This document shows positions 1 through 10,600 of a stretch of 64,000 bases of DNA, in pieces; position 1 is the stretch's first letter, and each line of letters begins with the position of its first letter. Origin of the DNA: an uncultured bacterium (GTDB lineage Bacteria; Gemmatimonadota; Gemmatimonadetes; Longimicrobiales; Gaopeijiaceae); assembly GCA_963935005.1 (NCBI GenBank), contig CAWWAX010000001.1, positions 52,572-116,571 of the forward strand, read 5' to 3'. The notes beneath the pieces are model-generated. The model searched no databases. It was given only the letters and a program-made list of their open reading frames with translations, and was not told where the DNA came from. The position numbers and the translations under genes are program-made.

Positions 1-2
1 TA

Positions 3-1577
3 GACTTAGTCGCCAGGCAAAAGACAGAGAAGACTAAGACTGGAGTCTTCACCGGAGGACATGCTCTCAATCCAGCAACTGGCGCCGTGATTCCTATTTG
101 GATAGCAGATTACGTCATGATGGGCTATGGAACAGGTGCTATCATGGCTGTTCCAGGACACGACCAGAGAGATTTTGACTTCGCCAAAGCTATGGATTTA
201 CCCATAAAACAAGTGGTATCTGCTGAAAAACAATCAGAGGACAATGTAACCAATATCCTAGAGGCCTACTCTGGAGATGGTGTATTGATCAACTCAAAAC
301 ATTTTGACGGACTTCCTGTTGCTGAGGGGAAAAAAGCAGTCTGTGATTGGTTGAAAGCTAAGGGTATGGCGTCCGTACACATCGGCTACCGTCTTCATGA
401 TTGGTGTATCTCTCGACAACGATATTGGGGGCCACCTATCCCCATTATCCATTGTGATCAATGCGGTCCCGTAGCCGTTCCAGAGGAAGACCTACCGATT
501 GTCCTTCCTCGGATCGAGAATTTTAAACCCGATGATTCTGGTATCAGTCCATTAGCTCGATTAGAAGAATGGTACCTCACAAACTGTCCTGAATGTGGAG
601 AGACTGCACGAAGAGAAACTGACGTTTCTGATACTTTCTTAGATAGTTCCTGGTATTTCCTCAGATACCCCTCGGCAGATTCCGAAGACGTTCCATTCAG
701 CCCCACCATTACTAAGAAATGGTTGCCAGTAGATTGTTATATCGGTGGCAATGAACATGCAGTGCTACACCTCCTGTACAGCCGTTTCATAACAATGGCC
801 CTCCATGACATTGGTCATGTGGATTTCCAAGAGCCATTTGTGCGTTTCAGAGCTCATGGATTGATAATCCGAGAGGGCTCTAAAATGTCCAAAAGCAAAG
901 GCAATGTAATCATCCCCGACCAAATAATAGAAAAATACGGTGCAGATACTTTTCGAACCTATTTGATGTTCCTAGGACCTTTTGACGAAGGTGGAGACTA
1001 CCAGGACGATGGAATTCAAGGTCCACATGGTTTCTTACACCGAGTTTGGGAGACAGCGATGTTATCGCTGGAAAATGATAAACAGGAGACAGATTCTAAC
1101 GTTGAACGAAAATTACATCAGACAATCCAGCAAGTGACTAACCAAATGCCTGCTCTAAGGTACAACACTTCTATAGCTGCACTGATGGAATACCTGAATG
1201 TAGTCCGGTCTAAGGGCCGCACTGCACAAAAATGTGAGATTGAACCTCTCGTGGTAATGATAGCTCCATTTGCGCCACATCTAGCAGAAGAAATCTGGGA
1301 ACTATTCGGACATAGTGAAAGCATATTTTCAGGCATGAACTGGCCCGAGTACAATGCCGATAAAGCCCGTGCTGATACCATTGAAATGGCAATCCAAATC
1401 AACGGAAAACTGAGAGCTACAATCACTATTCAAGCTAAAATGGACCGGGAAGAGATAGAAAAACTTTCGAGAGCTGAAAAGAACATCTCGAGATATTTGG
1501 AAACAGGAATAGTTAAACGAGTTATTTACGTACCCAATCGATTAATCAACTTTGTATTGGAGCCAAACAATGCATGA
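3..1577 (+). CDS. leuS: Leucyl-tRNA synthetase, C-terminal part (5' end outside window)
   Basis: The frame is open from nt 3. The translation reads ...KTGVFTGGHALNPATGAVIPIWIADYVMMGYGTGAIMAVPGHDQRDFDFA..., contains the class-I KMSKS signature (SKMSKSKGNV), and has a typical LeuRS C-terminal anticodon-binding region. Confidence 0.95.
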   Translation, partial: DLVARQKTEKTKTGVFTGGHALNPATGAVIPIWIADYVMMGYGTGAIMAVPGHDQRDFDFAKAMDLPIKQVVSAEKQSEDNVTNILEAYSGDGVLINSKHFDGLPVAEGKKAVCDWLKAKGMASVHIGYRLHDWCISRQRYWGPPIPIIHCDQCGPVAVPEEDLPIVLPRIENFKPDDSGISPLARLEEWYLTNCPECGETARRETDVSDTFLDSSWYFLRYPSADSEDVPFSPTITKKWLPVDCYIGGNEHAVLHLLYSRFITMALHDIGHVDFQEPFVRFRAHGLIIREGSKMSKSKGNVIIPDQIIEKYGADTFRTYLMFLGPFDEGGDYQDDGIQGPHGFLHRVWETAMLSLENDKQETDSNVERKLHQTIQQVTNQMPALRYNTSIAALMEYLNVVRSKGRTAQKCEIEPLVVMIAPFAPHLAEEIWELFGHSESIFSGMNWPEYNADKARADTIEMAIQINGKLRATITIQAKMDREEIEKLSRAEKNISRYLETGIVKRVIYVPNRLINFVLEPNNA

Positions 1578-3603
1578 GTCGCCAACAAGCCTACCAAAAA
1601 CCACAGATCAACTTTGTATCGATGCTATAAAGGTGCTATCCATGGACGCCGTTCAGAATGCTAACTCTGGACACCCTGGAACCCCAATGGCTCTGGCACC
1701 CGTCGGCTATCTCCTGTGGACACAATATCTAAAGCACAATCCAAATAACCCCACCTGGGTCGACCGCGACCGTTTTGTTCTCTCAGTTGGTCATGCTTCT
1801 ATGTTGCTATACTCTCTCCTATATCTAACTGGTTATGATTTATCTCTAGAAGATTTAAAAAAATTCCGACAGTGGGAGTCTAAAACTCCTGGTCATCCAG
1901 AAGTGCACCATACTCCAGGCGTAGAAACCACTACTGGACCTCTTGGCCAAGGCGTGTCCAACTCAGTAGGAATGGCTCTAGCAGAACGCTGGCTGGCAAC
2001 CAGATACAACAAAGATGGCCACAACATAATCGATCACTGCACTTACGCGCTTTGTTCAGACGGAGACCTAATGGAAGGTCTGTCACACGAAGTTGCAGAA
2101 TTCGCTGGACATCAAAAGCTCGGAAAGTTGATTTGGATTTTCGATGACAACAACATAACGATTGAAGGAAGTACAAACTTAACGAGCTCAACCGACCATA
2201 TCGAACGTTTCGAAAGCTACCAATGGCATACGGTTTGCGTAGATGATGGTTCCAACCTAAACCAAATCGATAAAGCTATTAATCTGGCCAAGTCGGAAAC
2301 TGAAAAACCTTCCTTAATAGTATTAAAAACACGAATCGCTGAAGGCAGCCCCAACAAGGTAAATAAGGCTTCGGCACACGGTAGCCCATTGGGTTTCGAG
2401 GAAATCCAAGCCACCAAAAACAACATCGACTACCCCTCTCACGAGCCCTTTTATGTTGATCCCCAAAGTCTTACAACCTGGCGTAAAACAGCTGACAGAG
2501 GTGATAGCCTCGAAGAGGACTGGAACAAACTCTTCGAGTCATACAAAGAGGTGTATCCAGAACTGGCAAGAGAGTATCTGGAAATCATGAGAGGTGCTCT
2601 TCCGCGAGATTGGGATATCGAAATCCCTAATTACCACGATGTCCAAGAGAGAAAAGCGACTCGTTCCTGGTCTGGAGAAATCCTGCAAGCGATTGCAGCA
2701 AATTGTCCCAATCTTATTGGAGGATCAGCCGACCTAGGACCTTCTAACATGACCGACATTAATGGGGCATCCAACCTGGACCATGAAACTCCTGGAGGAC
2801 GCATTCTTAGATTTGGAATTAGAGAACACGGCATGGCTGGGATAATGAATGGGCTTGCGCTACATGGAGGAATCCAACCTTTCGGTGGAACATTTCTGAT
2901 TTTTTCCGATTACATGAGACCTTCGATTAGGCTGGCAGCCCTAATGAACCTGCCCGTTAAATACGTATTTACCCATGACTCAATTGGATTAGGGGAAGAC
3001 GGCCCCACCCATCAACCTGTCGAACAACTGATGACCTTAAGGGCTATCCCCAATCTATTAGACCTGAGACCTGCCGATGCTGCAGAAACAGCAATGGCTT
3101 GGAAAATTGCGATGGAAAGGACAAGTGGCCCTACATTTTTGTCGCTCACAAGACAAGGAGTCGCTCCACTCAACAGAACAACCTTCCCCAAAGCAGAAGC
3201 GACACGATTCGGAGCTTATGTTCTAGCAGAAGCTTCGAACAGGACACCTCAAGTAGTTTTAATCGCAAGTGGATCGGAAATCGAAATAGCCTTAGAAGCC
3301 AAAGAAATCTTAGAGAACACAGCCATAGCCACTCGTTTAGTCAGCATGCCCAGTTGGTATCTTTTCTCGCAACAAACCAAAGAATATCAAGACTCAATTT
3401 TACTACCCGATTGCCCTGTTCAAGTAGCAATAGAAGCTGGCTCTTCATTCGGCTGGTATCGATGGATAGGAAACAGAGGATTAGTCATAGGCCTAGACAG
3501 GTTTGGAGCTTCTGCTCCCTCTGAAGACCTCTTCGATCAGTTCGGTATTAAAGTCGGTAAGATCGTGGAAAAAGCGACTGAAGCACTCAAGGAGAAAACA
3601 TAG
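1570..3603 (+). CDS. tkt: Transketolase
   Basis: It contains SGHPGTPMALAP (ThDP motif region), GDLMEG, and the TK motif THDSIGLGEDGPTHQPVEQL. ATG at 1570 overlaps the leuS stop (ATGCATGA). The track ORF starts at 1552, but the ATG at 1570 gives a family-typical N-terminus. Confidence 0.95.
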   Translation: MHESPTSLPKTTDQLCIDAIKVLSMDAVQNANSGHPGTPMALAPVGYLLWTQYLKHNPNNPTWVDRDRFVLSVGHASMLLYSLLYLTGYDLSLEDLKKFRQWESKTPGHPEVHHTPGVETTTGPLGQGVSNSVGMALAERWLATRYNKDGHNIIDHCTYALCSDGDLMEGLSHEVAEFAGHQKLGKLIWIFDDNNITIEGSTNLTSSTDHIERFESYQWHTVCVDDGSNLNQIDKAINLAKSETEKPSLIVLKTRIAEGSPNKVNKASAHGSPLGFEEIQATKNNIDYPSHEPFYVDPQSLTTWRKTADRGDSLEEDWNKLFESYKEVYPELAREYLEIMRGALPRDWDIEIPNYHDVQERKATRSWSGEILQAIAANCPNLIGGSADLGPSNMTDINGASNLDHETPGGRILRFGIREHGMAGIMNGLALHGGIQPFGGTFLIFSDYMRPSIRLAALMNLPVKYVFTHDSIGLGEDGPTHQPVEQLMTLRAIPNLLDLRPADAAETAMAWKIAMERTSGPTFLSLTRQGVAPLNRTTFPKAEATRFGAYVLAEASNRTPQVVLIASGSEIEIALEAKEILENTAIATRLVSMPSWYLFSQQTKEYQDSILLPDCPVQVAIEAGSSFGWYRWIGNRGLVIGLDRFGASAPSEDLFDQFGIKVGKIVEKATEALKEKT

Positions 3604-3618
3604 CCCAGAGGGGGGTGT

Positions 3619-4629
3619 TCAAGAGAAAAAACTGAAATTATTCCTCCCCTCATCCGAAATAGCCCTTTGATATACAGCGATGGCCCCCGCTGTATCTTGA
3701 AGAGCTGACCCTGTTGCATCAAAAACTATAATTTCTTCATTAGAAGTGCGACCAGTTCGATCCCCAACTATTACTTGGCCCAAGTCGGCATGGACTTCTT
3801 CCGCGGAGATAACACCTGCGGCGATTGCGTGATGCAGCTCTCCCACATTGATACATTGATCTAAGAGATCAACCACTACCTTGGCCTTAGAAAAGATCTC
3901 TACATCCAATTCCTGCTTGTCAGGACTGTCTGCACCTACTGCCGCTATAAAAATGCCATCTGGAATCATACTCGCCTTAATGAGCGGAGAACTTGAAGGA
4001 GTGCAGGTCACTAGCACATCGCTTTCCGCCAAAGCCTCTTCAACTACATCGATCGCCATTACTTCCATCTGCAATTCATCAGCCATCTCGGCTGCAAAAC
4101 GAGCTGATGTATCAGGGTCCATATCAATTGCAAAAGCTTTTTTTAAAGGCAACACTTGTTTTAAAGATCTGAGCTGCACCCTGCCCTGTGTTCCACACCC
4201 ACAAATAGTAACTGTCTCAGAGTTGGGCTTCGCTAAATATTTAGCTGCAACACCCGTGGTGGCCCCTGTTCGATTAATGGTAATTCCGACCGATTCCATA
4301 ATAGCCAATGGTGACCCATCTTCTCCATCGCAGAGAACGATGATGCCTTGAATATTTGGCAGACCAAATCGTTTTTGGTTCTGAAAAAACCCTCCGTTTA
4401 GCTTCAGCCCAAGGTAGGCTTTTCCTTTAACCAATCCGCCAGCTTTAATATGGAATTCGCCATCTTGAGTATCAATATGGAGGAGGCCCGTATCCAGACT
4501 CTTGTCCTCAGCGTAGAGTCGGAACGCATCTTCTACCAGATCAAAATAATCTTCCAATTGAAGAATCTGAGAGATTTCTTCTCCACTGAGTAGAAGAGTT
4601 TCGCGGTTTTTTACGCTTCGTGATACCAC
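3619..4629 (-). CDS. Ornithine cyclodeaminase / mu-crystallin family NAD-dependent enzyme
   Basis: It has the Rossmann-type motif ICGCGTQGR and family-typical length and layout. In-frame GTG at 4629 lies 1 nt after the upstream gene's TGA (TGAgGTG). The longest ORF (to 4713) would overlap the upstream gene by 83 nt. Confidence 0.8.
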   Translation of the reverse strand: MVSRSVKNRETLLLSGEEISQILQLEDYFDLVEDAFRLYAEDKSLDTGLLHIDTQDGEFHIKAGGLVKGKAYLGLKLNGGFFQNQKRFGLPNIQGIIVLCDGEDGSPLAIMESVGITINRTGATTGVAAKYLAKPNSETVTICGCGTQGRVQLRSLKQVLPLKKAFAIDMDPDTSARFAAEMADELQMEVMAIDVVEEALAESDVLVTCTPSSSPLIKASMIPDGIFIAAVGADSPDKQELDVEIFSKAKVVVDLLDQCINVGELHHAIAAGVISAEEVHADLGQVIVGDRTGRTSNEEIIVFDATGSALQDTAGAIAVYQRAISDEGRNNFSFFS

Positions 4630-4630
4630 C

Positions 4631-5794
4631 TCAATTCCCTGGTGGTCTGTAGCTACGAACTGGGGGCAGTTGTGCGCCGGATAGATCGTCTGGAACGCTC
4701 TCTTCAGCAACAACGGTGTGCGTTAACGTACCGATTCCCTCGATGGTGGCACTGATCGTTTCACCAGCCTGCAGGTAACCAGATCCTGTCGCCCGCTGAA
4801 CGCGCCCAGCGCCCGTTCCGCCCGACGTTCCGCTTTGCAGGACGTCACCAGGAAATACAGTGATTAGCGACGATGCGTACTCGATTAACTCTGGAATGTT
4901 GTGTATCATGTCTCCCGCTCTGGCCTCCTGAACGGTCACGCCATCGATGACCAGGCTCTGGTGCAAGCGTTCCATCGGATCGCCATAGAACTCCTTTGGA
5001 ACAATCCACGGCCCTTGGGGCGCGAACGTGTCATGGCCCTTACCGACGAACCAATCCTGACCGGATCCGTAACCACCAGGTGGACGTCCGCCACGATCGG
5101 ACACATCCATAGCAACCATATAGCCGAATACGTGGTCGTAGGCTCGACTTGCAGAGATGTACTTGCCCTCAGTACCGAATACGATTGCCAACTCAACTTC
5201 CCATTCGATCCGGTCACGGCCATAAGGAATCACGATGTCGTCGCCGCTACCGATGATCGCGCCGCGGGTCGGTTTCAGGAACAGGTAGGGTACCCCCCGA
5301 TTATCCTGTCGCTCCTGAGTCCTCGCTTGCAACTGTTCCTCGGTACAGCCTTCACATGCATGTGTATAGAAGTTGACCGCGGCATTCATGTTTTTGCTGG
5401 GATACATAATTGGAGGAAGAGCTCTTAAGTTGCTCGCCTCATAAACAAAATCTGATTTTCCTGGTCCTTCCAATCCATTATTGTGGTTCAAATCATTAAC
5501 TATCTCATATAAACGGTGTTTCAAACCAGATTCATACCGTTCAATCAGTTCTAACATATCTGATGGCATGGACATCTCTGAAATGCCAGGGTTTTTCTGA
5601 AGAGCAGTATTAGCAGAAACAAGGTCTATGACTAAATTATCTCTCAGGACAATACCCAGCCGATGCTGTCCGTCCACCTCGAATGTTCCGAGTTTAAAGG
5701 CCTCTACGTCCTCTGTGCTCGGATCACTTTGAGCAACACAGCCGATCGGAATAATTAACACTAGTAGCAACCGGAAAACTTGATTTAGCTTCAT
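4631..5794 (-). CDS. Fumarylacetoacetate hydrolase (FAH) family protein with lipoprotein-type signal peptide
   Basis: The FAH-fold core reads PYLFLKPTRGAIIGSGDDIVIPYGRDRIEWEVELAIVFG...GYMVAMDVSDR. The N-terminus MKLNQVFRLLLVLIIPIGC has a lipobox-like Cys. A strong RBS (AGGAGGcagataATG) precedes the start. Confidence 0.85.
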   Translation of the reverse strand: MKLNQVFRLLLVLIIPIGCVAQSDPSTEDVEAFKLGTFEVDGQHRLGIVLRDNLVIDLVSANTALQKNPGISEMSMPSDMLELIERYESGLKHRLYEIVNDLNHNNGLEGPGKSDFVYEASNLRALPPIMYPSKNMNAAVNFYTHACEGCTEEQLQARTQERQDNRGVPYLFLKPTRGAIIGSGDDIVIPYGRDRIEWEVELAIVFGTEGKYISASRAYDHVFGYMVAMDVSDRGGRPPGGYGSGQDWFVGKGHDTFAPQGPWIVPKEFYGDPMERLHQSLVIDGVTVQEARAGDMIHNIPELIEYASSLITVFPGDVLQSGTSGGTGAGRVQRATGSGYLQAGETISATIEGIGTLTHTVVAEESVPDDLSGAQLPPVRSYRPPGN

Positions 5795-5834
5795 TATCTG
5801 CCTCCTGAATAAATTATGACCTCCCTCTCTACAA

Positions 5835-5909
<75 letters not shown>

Positions 5910-5912
5910 AAG

Positions 5913-6299
<387 letters not shown>

Positions 6300-6352
6300 C
6301 TGCAACGTAGTCTATCTGGATTAGTATCAGAGAACAACGGCTCTACCGAGGT

Positions 6353-6913
6353 TTAGAAAATCCAATAAACACCAGCCGTGATCTCACTACTGTCATAGGG
6401 AAAAAGCTCATGTTGATCACGCCGAATTCTATACTCACCCCGAACCCCAACAGGGCCAGCGATCCGCACTCTTATACCTATGGGTACAGAGATAGTGGAG
6501 TTCCAAAATCGGACACCTTCCGGATCTGCATCGCGACGAACGAAAAGACCTCCGCTGAACCCTAAGTAAGGTTCCAAAATCCCTACGGGAAATCTTGCCT
6601 GAACTCCTGCTGTTAAAGTAGCTACATGCGAAAATATTGTACTAGACGGGCTCGCTGGAGCTGTGACTCTAGGTTTAGAGTAGGTTGCACCGAACTCAAT
6701 ACGTGTTCGATCTGAGTTTGTATAGTCAGTTGATAATGCTATTAGATCTGTGGATCCCTCATCTGCTTCTAATGCGTAACGCAGCATGCCACCAGACAAA
6801 CTGACGCCCCTAGAAGAGCTTAGAGGTGGCCTGCCTTGAGCATGTGACAAACTCGGACGTCCCAATGTCAACAGGGCAAAAACAACACAAACAAATCGAA
6901 AACTGAAACTCAT
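6353..6913 (-). CDS. Small outer-membrane beta-barrel protein (OmpW/OmpA-barrel-like)
   Basis: It has a signal peptide (MSFSFRFVCVVFALLTLGRPSLSHAQ), alternating hydrophobic beta-strand pattern, and C-terminal ...AGVYWIF ending in Phe, as in OMPs. Confidence 0.65.
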   Translation of the reverse strand: MSFSFRFVCVVFALLTLGRPSLSHAQGRPPLSSSRGVSLSGGMLRYALEADEGSTDLIALSTDYTNSDRTRIEFGATYSKPRVTAPASPSSTIFSHVATLTAGVQARFPVGILEPYLGFSGGLFVRRDADPEGVRFWNSTISVPIGIRVRIAGPVGVRGEYRIRRDQHELFPYDSSEITAGVYWIF

Positions 6914-7068
6914 TTTGAAACATCCATAGCTAAATAATCGTAAACTCCAGCTAGATTGTAGAGAAATGATGAGAGGAAAAGCAATGAACGCTTGCAGAGT
7001 TGTTTGATAGATCTGATCTTTTCGACGACGAAGATAGCCAACATCCTCTTGTTAGGAGTAATGAAAAC

Positions 7069-7590
7069 ATGAAAAACTTCAAACATCTCAACTTACTAAA
7101 ACTACTCTTCTTAGTTTTTAGTCTTTCCCCTATGACGCCACTACGAGGTCAAACAGAAACGACCACGGTCATCTACTTGGTAAGACATGCTGAAAAAGTG
7201 GACGACTCAAACGACGCGGCGCTCTCACCAGAAGGCAGAAAAAGAGCAGAGTTACTTTCTAAAGTCTTGAAAGATGCTGAGATTACTCACATACATTCCA
7301 CCGATTTCCAACGTACCCGTGATACAGTTGAACCTCTGGCCTCTCTCTTGGGAATAGCAATCCAACTATACGACCCACAACACTTAGAAACCTTTTCAGA
7401 AAACCTGATAAACACCCAGGGAGTACATCTAGTCAGTGGGCATTCTAATACCACCCCAGGGCTGGTTGAACTGCTGGGTGGACAGAGCTCTCCGATTCAA
7501 GACCACGAATATGACCGTCTCTATGTGATCGTTCGAGACGGAAAACAAACTAAAGCAACCATTCTAATCCATTACGGTATCTCTTGGTGA
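7069..7590 (+). CDS. Histidine phosphatase (phosphoglycerate-mutase-like/SixA-like) family protein, exported
   Basis: It contains the RHAEK (RHG-type) motif in VIYLVRHAEKVDD and a second His motif, VSGHSNT. A signal peptide follows the ATG at 7069. The track ORF starts at 7000. Confidence 0.75.
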   Translation: MKNFKHLNLLKLLFLVFSLSPMTPLRGQTETTTVIYLVRHAEKVDDSNDAALSPEGRKRAELLSKVLKDAEITHIHSTDFQRTRDTVEPLASLLGIAIQLYDPQHLETFSENLINTQGVHLVSGHSNTTPGLVELLGGQSSPIQDHEYDRLYVIVRDGKQTKATILIHYGISW

Positions 7591-7686
7591 ACTTTCACTC
7601 CAATTGGAAAATTGATTGCGTAAACAAACTCGCCAAAAGTAATTTTGACTAAACTGAAACGTCGTTGCTGATATAGGGAGCACATC

Positions 7687-9372
7687 TTGAAGATCAAACA
7701 TCTGATTATACTTGCCATTACTATCCTGAACTCCTGTGTCGTTTCTGCTAGCCATGATCGAACGTCTCAAGTGGACAGCGTTTTCGAACGTTGGAACAAC
7801 TTCACCTCTCCTGGTTGTGCAGTCGGTATAATGAAGGACGGTCACGTTGTTCTCGAAAAGGCTTACGGAATGGCTGACCTGCAACATGAAATTCCGAATA
7901 CTATCGAAACAGTTTTTGAAAATGGTTCTGTTTCGAAGCAATTTACGGCAGCAGCAATCGTTCTTCTTGCCTTGGAAGGAAAAATCACTCTCGACGACGA
8001 TGTGCGGTACTACATTCCTGAAGTGCCCGATTATGGCACTACAATAACTTTACGTCACTTAATGACTCACACGAGCGGCCTCAGAGACTGGGGTTCAGTC
8101 GCTGCCATCTCTGGATGGCCAAGACATGAACGCAGCCATAATCACAGTGACGTTTTAAATATTATCAGTCGCCAGACTGCGCTTAATTTCCATCCTGGAA
8201 CTGAATATTCCTACAGTAACACTGGATATAACTTGCTAGCTATGGTGGTGACACGCGTGAGCGGAATCCCCTTTGCAGAATTCTCTATGGAGAACATCTT
8301 CGAACCACTTGGCTTGGCAAATACGCAGTGGCGGGATAACCCCAGGCGAATAGTAAAAGGTCGAAGCACTGCCTACCGAGCCTTGGAAAATGGAACATTC
8401 GAGATCCTACAACCCATAGAACATGTGCATGGAAACGGTGGCCTGCTCACCACGATAGGAGACCTGCTGACTTGGAACCAAGCCTTGGAAGACGGTACAA
8501 TCGGTGGGCAGAGGTTCATAGAAATGATGCACGAGCAGGGCCGTTTGACAGATGGTTCTGAGATCACCTACGCGGGCGGACTTCAAATCGATTCCTTCAA
8601 AGGTGTAAAACGCATAAGTCATACTGGTGCTACGGCAGGCTACAGAGCGTTCGTTTCCAGGTATCCAGAACACCATCTCTCACTGGCATCACTTTGCAAT
8701 TCCAGTGATGCCAATACCGGTTTGATCAGAGATCAACTCGCTGAAATTTTCATTGGTGAATTCCTGAAGGATCCCGAGCTTCAGCAGGCTATCACACTGA
8801 CACCAGAAATAATGGCTTCCTATGCTGGACTTTATTACGAACCCGTGACGGGACAAACAAAACAATTGGAACTAAGAAACGGCGATCTCTATGACGGAAA
8901 CAACAAACTCACTCCCACCTCACCTTCTATTTTTTTAAATCCTGCTACCACAGCTGATTACATTTTTGAAACCCAGCAGGGTAATGCCAAAGAATTTTCC
9001 CTAGATGCCTGGCAGTATACGAAAAAGAGTTATCAGCAAACGAGCTCGTGGGCTCCAGATATTGAAGAATTACAGACATTGACTGGCACCTATAGCAGTG
9101 CGGACTCTAACACTACTTATATCGTTAAAATGATAAATAATCAGTTGGTGATAGAACAGGAACCTGGACGGATACAGGTCCTTACGCCTCTGTACAAAGA
9201 CGCTTTTGAAGGAAATTTTGGAGTGCCTGAATTTGACATCCATTGGACTTCAGAACGTTTCTCGTCCAATGGAGTCATAAGGTTTGAACGTGACAGCAGA
9301 AACGTAGTCACAGAATTGTCTGGATCTTGGGGAAGAGTTTTTGACATGCGCTTCAAACGTCAAAGCAATTAA
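7687..9372 (+). CDS. Serine hydrolase, beta-lactamase/PBP (class C-like) family with C-terminal extra domain
   Basis: It has the SxxK motif GSVSKQF and the YxN motif YSYSNTGY, plus an N-terminal signal peptide. The start is TTG preceded by AGGGAG. Confidence 0.8.
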   Translation: MKIKHLIILAITILNSCVVSASHDRTSQVDSVFERWNNFTSPGCAVGIMKDGHVVLEKAYGMADLQHEIPNTIETVFENGSVSKQFTAAAIVLLALEGKITLDDDVRYYIPEVPDYGTTITLRHLMTHTSGLRDWGSVAAISGWPRHERSHNHSDVLNIISRQTALNFHPGTEYSYSNTGYNLLAMVVTRVSGIPFAEFSMENIFEPLGLANTQWRDNPRRIVKGRSTAYRALENGTFEILQPIEHVHGNGGLLTTIGDLLTWNQALEDGTIGGQRFIEMMHEQGRLTDGSEITYAGGLQIDSFKGVKRISHTGATAGYRAFVSRYPEHHLSLASLCNSSDANTGLIRDQLAEIFIGEFLKDPELQQAITLTPEIMASYAGLYYEPVTGQTKQLELRNGDLYDGNNKLTPTSPSIFLNPATTADYIFETQQGNAKEFSLDAWQYTKKSYQQTSSWAPDIEELQTLTGTYSSADSNTTYIVKMINNQLVIEQEPGRIQVLTPLYKDAFEGNFGVPEFDIHWTSERFSSNGVIRFERDSRNVVTELSGSWGRVFDMRFKRQSN

Positions 9373-10385
9373 ATCGTTACTTCGTAGCGAAAAAATCCTT
9401 CAGACTTGATGACCTCCTGCTCTTTTGTCACCAAAATTCCCTCTGCTTCAGGCAGCTCATTGAGTAGGAGCATCCCCGCCTCGGGCCCTAAAACTAAGAT
9501 GGCAGTTGAAAGAGCATCCGCCGCCGCCGCCGTAGGTGCTACCACAGAGACAGCACTAGTATGATCGGGAGACGTACCTAGACGAGGATCAATAATATGG
9601 TGAACCACCAAATCTTCGGTTAGATATTGCATGTAATCCCCAGATGTCGCTACAGCTCCCTCTTCAATATTGATCACAGTGAGATAGCTATCAGGTATTC
9701 GTGGATGCTGAATGGCTAACCGCCAATTCTGACCCAACAGGTCTTTGCCTACTGCACCCATGTCACCTCCTGCGTCAATCAATCCCCCCTTAATCCCCCT
9801 CCTCTTGAGAATTTTAACGACCTTATCCACGATGAATCCTTTGGCGATTCCATCGAAACTTACCGACATTCCTGAACGTTCAAATACGATCTTATTTGCA
9901 TCCAAGGCGATATTCTCCGATCCTACTAAACTGAGCGCATCTTCAATCTCATCCGCTGATGGTGCCCCTCCCCTTTCTTCAAAACTATTTGAGTAAAGAT
10001 CTATCAAAGGCGCTACGCTAACATCGAAAGCTCCATCGGTCAGGGAATTGATCTTCAGAGCATGCCTCAATACTTCTAATATCTCTGGGGCGGGATTCTT
10101 TAGGGTTCCCTCTCGGTTAAGTATCCATACTGGTGTTCCTTCCCGATACCTGCTAAAAATATTCTCAAGCCGATCGATTTCTGTGAAAGCTTCGTCTAGG
10201 ATATTCCTAGCAAAGCTGGTATCTCGATGGACCACTGAAATCGTGACTAGGGTACCCATTTTGGTTCGAGTTTCCCTTACCAAATCCAAACCTATCTCAG
10301 CTAGAAAAGACCGTACAATTCCTAGCCCACCGATTGTCGCCATTGCAGAAATACCAGCAATCTTCAAGGCTTTACGTCTCTTCAT
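9369..10385 (-). CDS. apbE: FAD:protein FMN transferase (ApbE family), Tat-like signal
   Basis: ApbE-type motifs FDGIAKGFIVDKV and ATSGDY are present. The N-terminus MKRRKALKIAGISAMATIGGLG resembles a twin-arginine signal. The start could also be 10406. Confidence 0.8.
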   Translation of the reverse strand: MKRRKALKIAGISAMATIGGLGIVRSFLAEIGLDLVRETRTKMGTLVTISVVHRDTSFARNILDEAFTEIDRLENIFSRYREGTPVWILNREGTLKNPAPEILEVLRHALKINSLTDGAFDVSVAPLIDLYSNSFEERGGAPSADEIEDALSLVGSENIALDANKIVFERSGMSVSFDGIAKGFIVDKVVKILKRRGIKGGLIDAGGDMGAVGKDLLGQNWRLAIQHPRIPDSYLTVINIEEGAVATSGDYMQYLTEDLVVHHIIDPRLGTSPDHTSAVSVVAPTAAAADALSTAILVLGPEAGMLLLNELPEAEGILVTKEQEVIKSEGFFRYEVTI

Positions 10386-10600
10386 TACAGCTTGAAACAA
10401 TTCCATGGACTACCCACCTAACTTTGGCCACCGAAGTCTTGGCGTCAAAATTGACTGCGGTTTAATTCGAGCGCTGTTCTCACAATTACCTCTAGAGAAA
10501 TTTGAGATCTCTTCTATCGGCAAAGACATGACTACCCTATCCTGGACTAGGCGGCATCACAAGGCTTGCCCCAGTAAATTGCATCAGGAGGGACTCTCCA

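Noticed and set aside
3881-5428. Long antisense ORFs inside annotated genes (for example 3881-4351, 4901-5428; likewise 10921-11442, 49708-50226, 54427-54858, 57733-58194)
   Set aside because: These are shadow ORFs opposite confidently recognised genes. They have low-complexity or Ser/Pro/Arg-rich translations without recognisable motifs.
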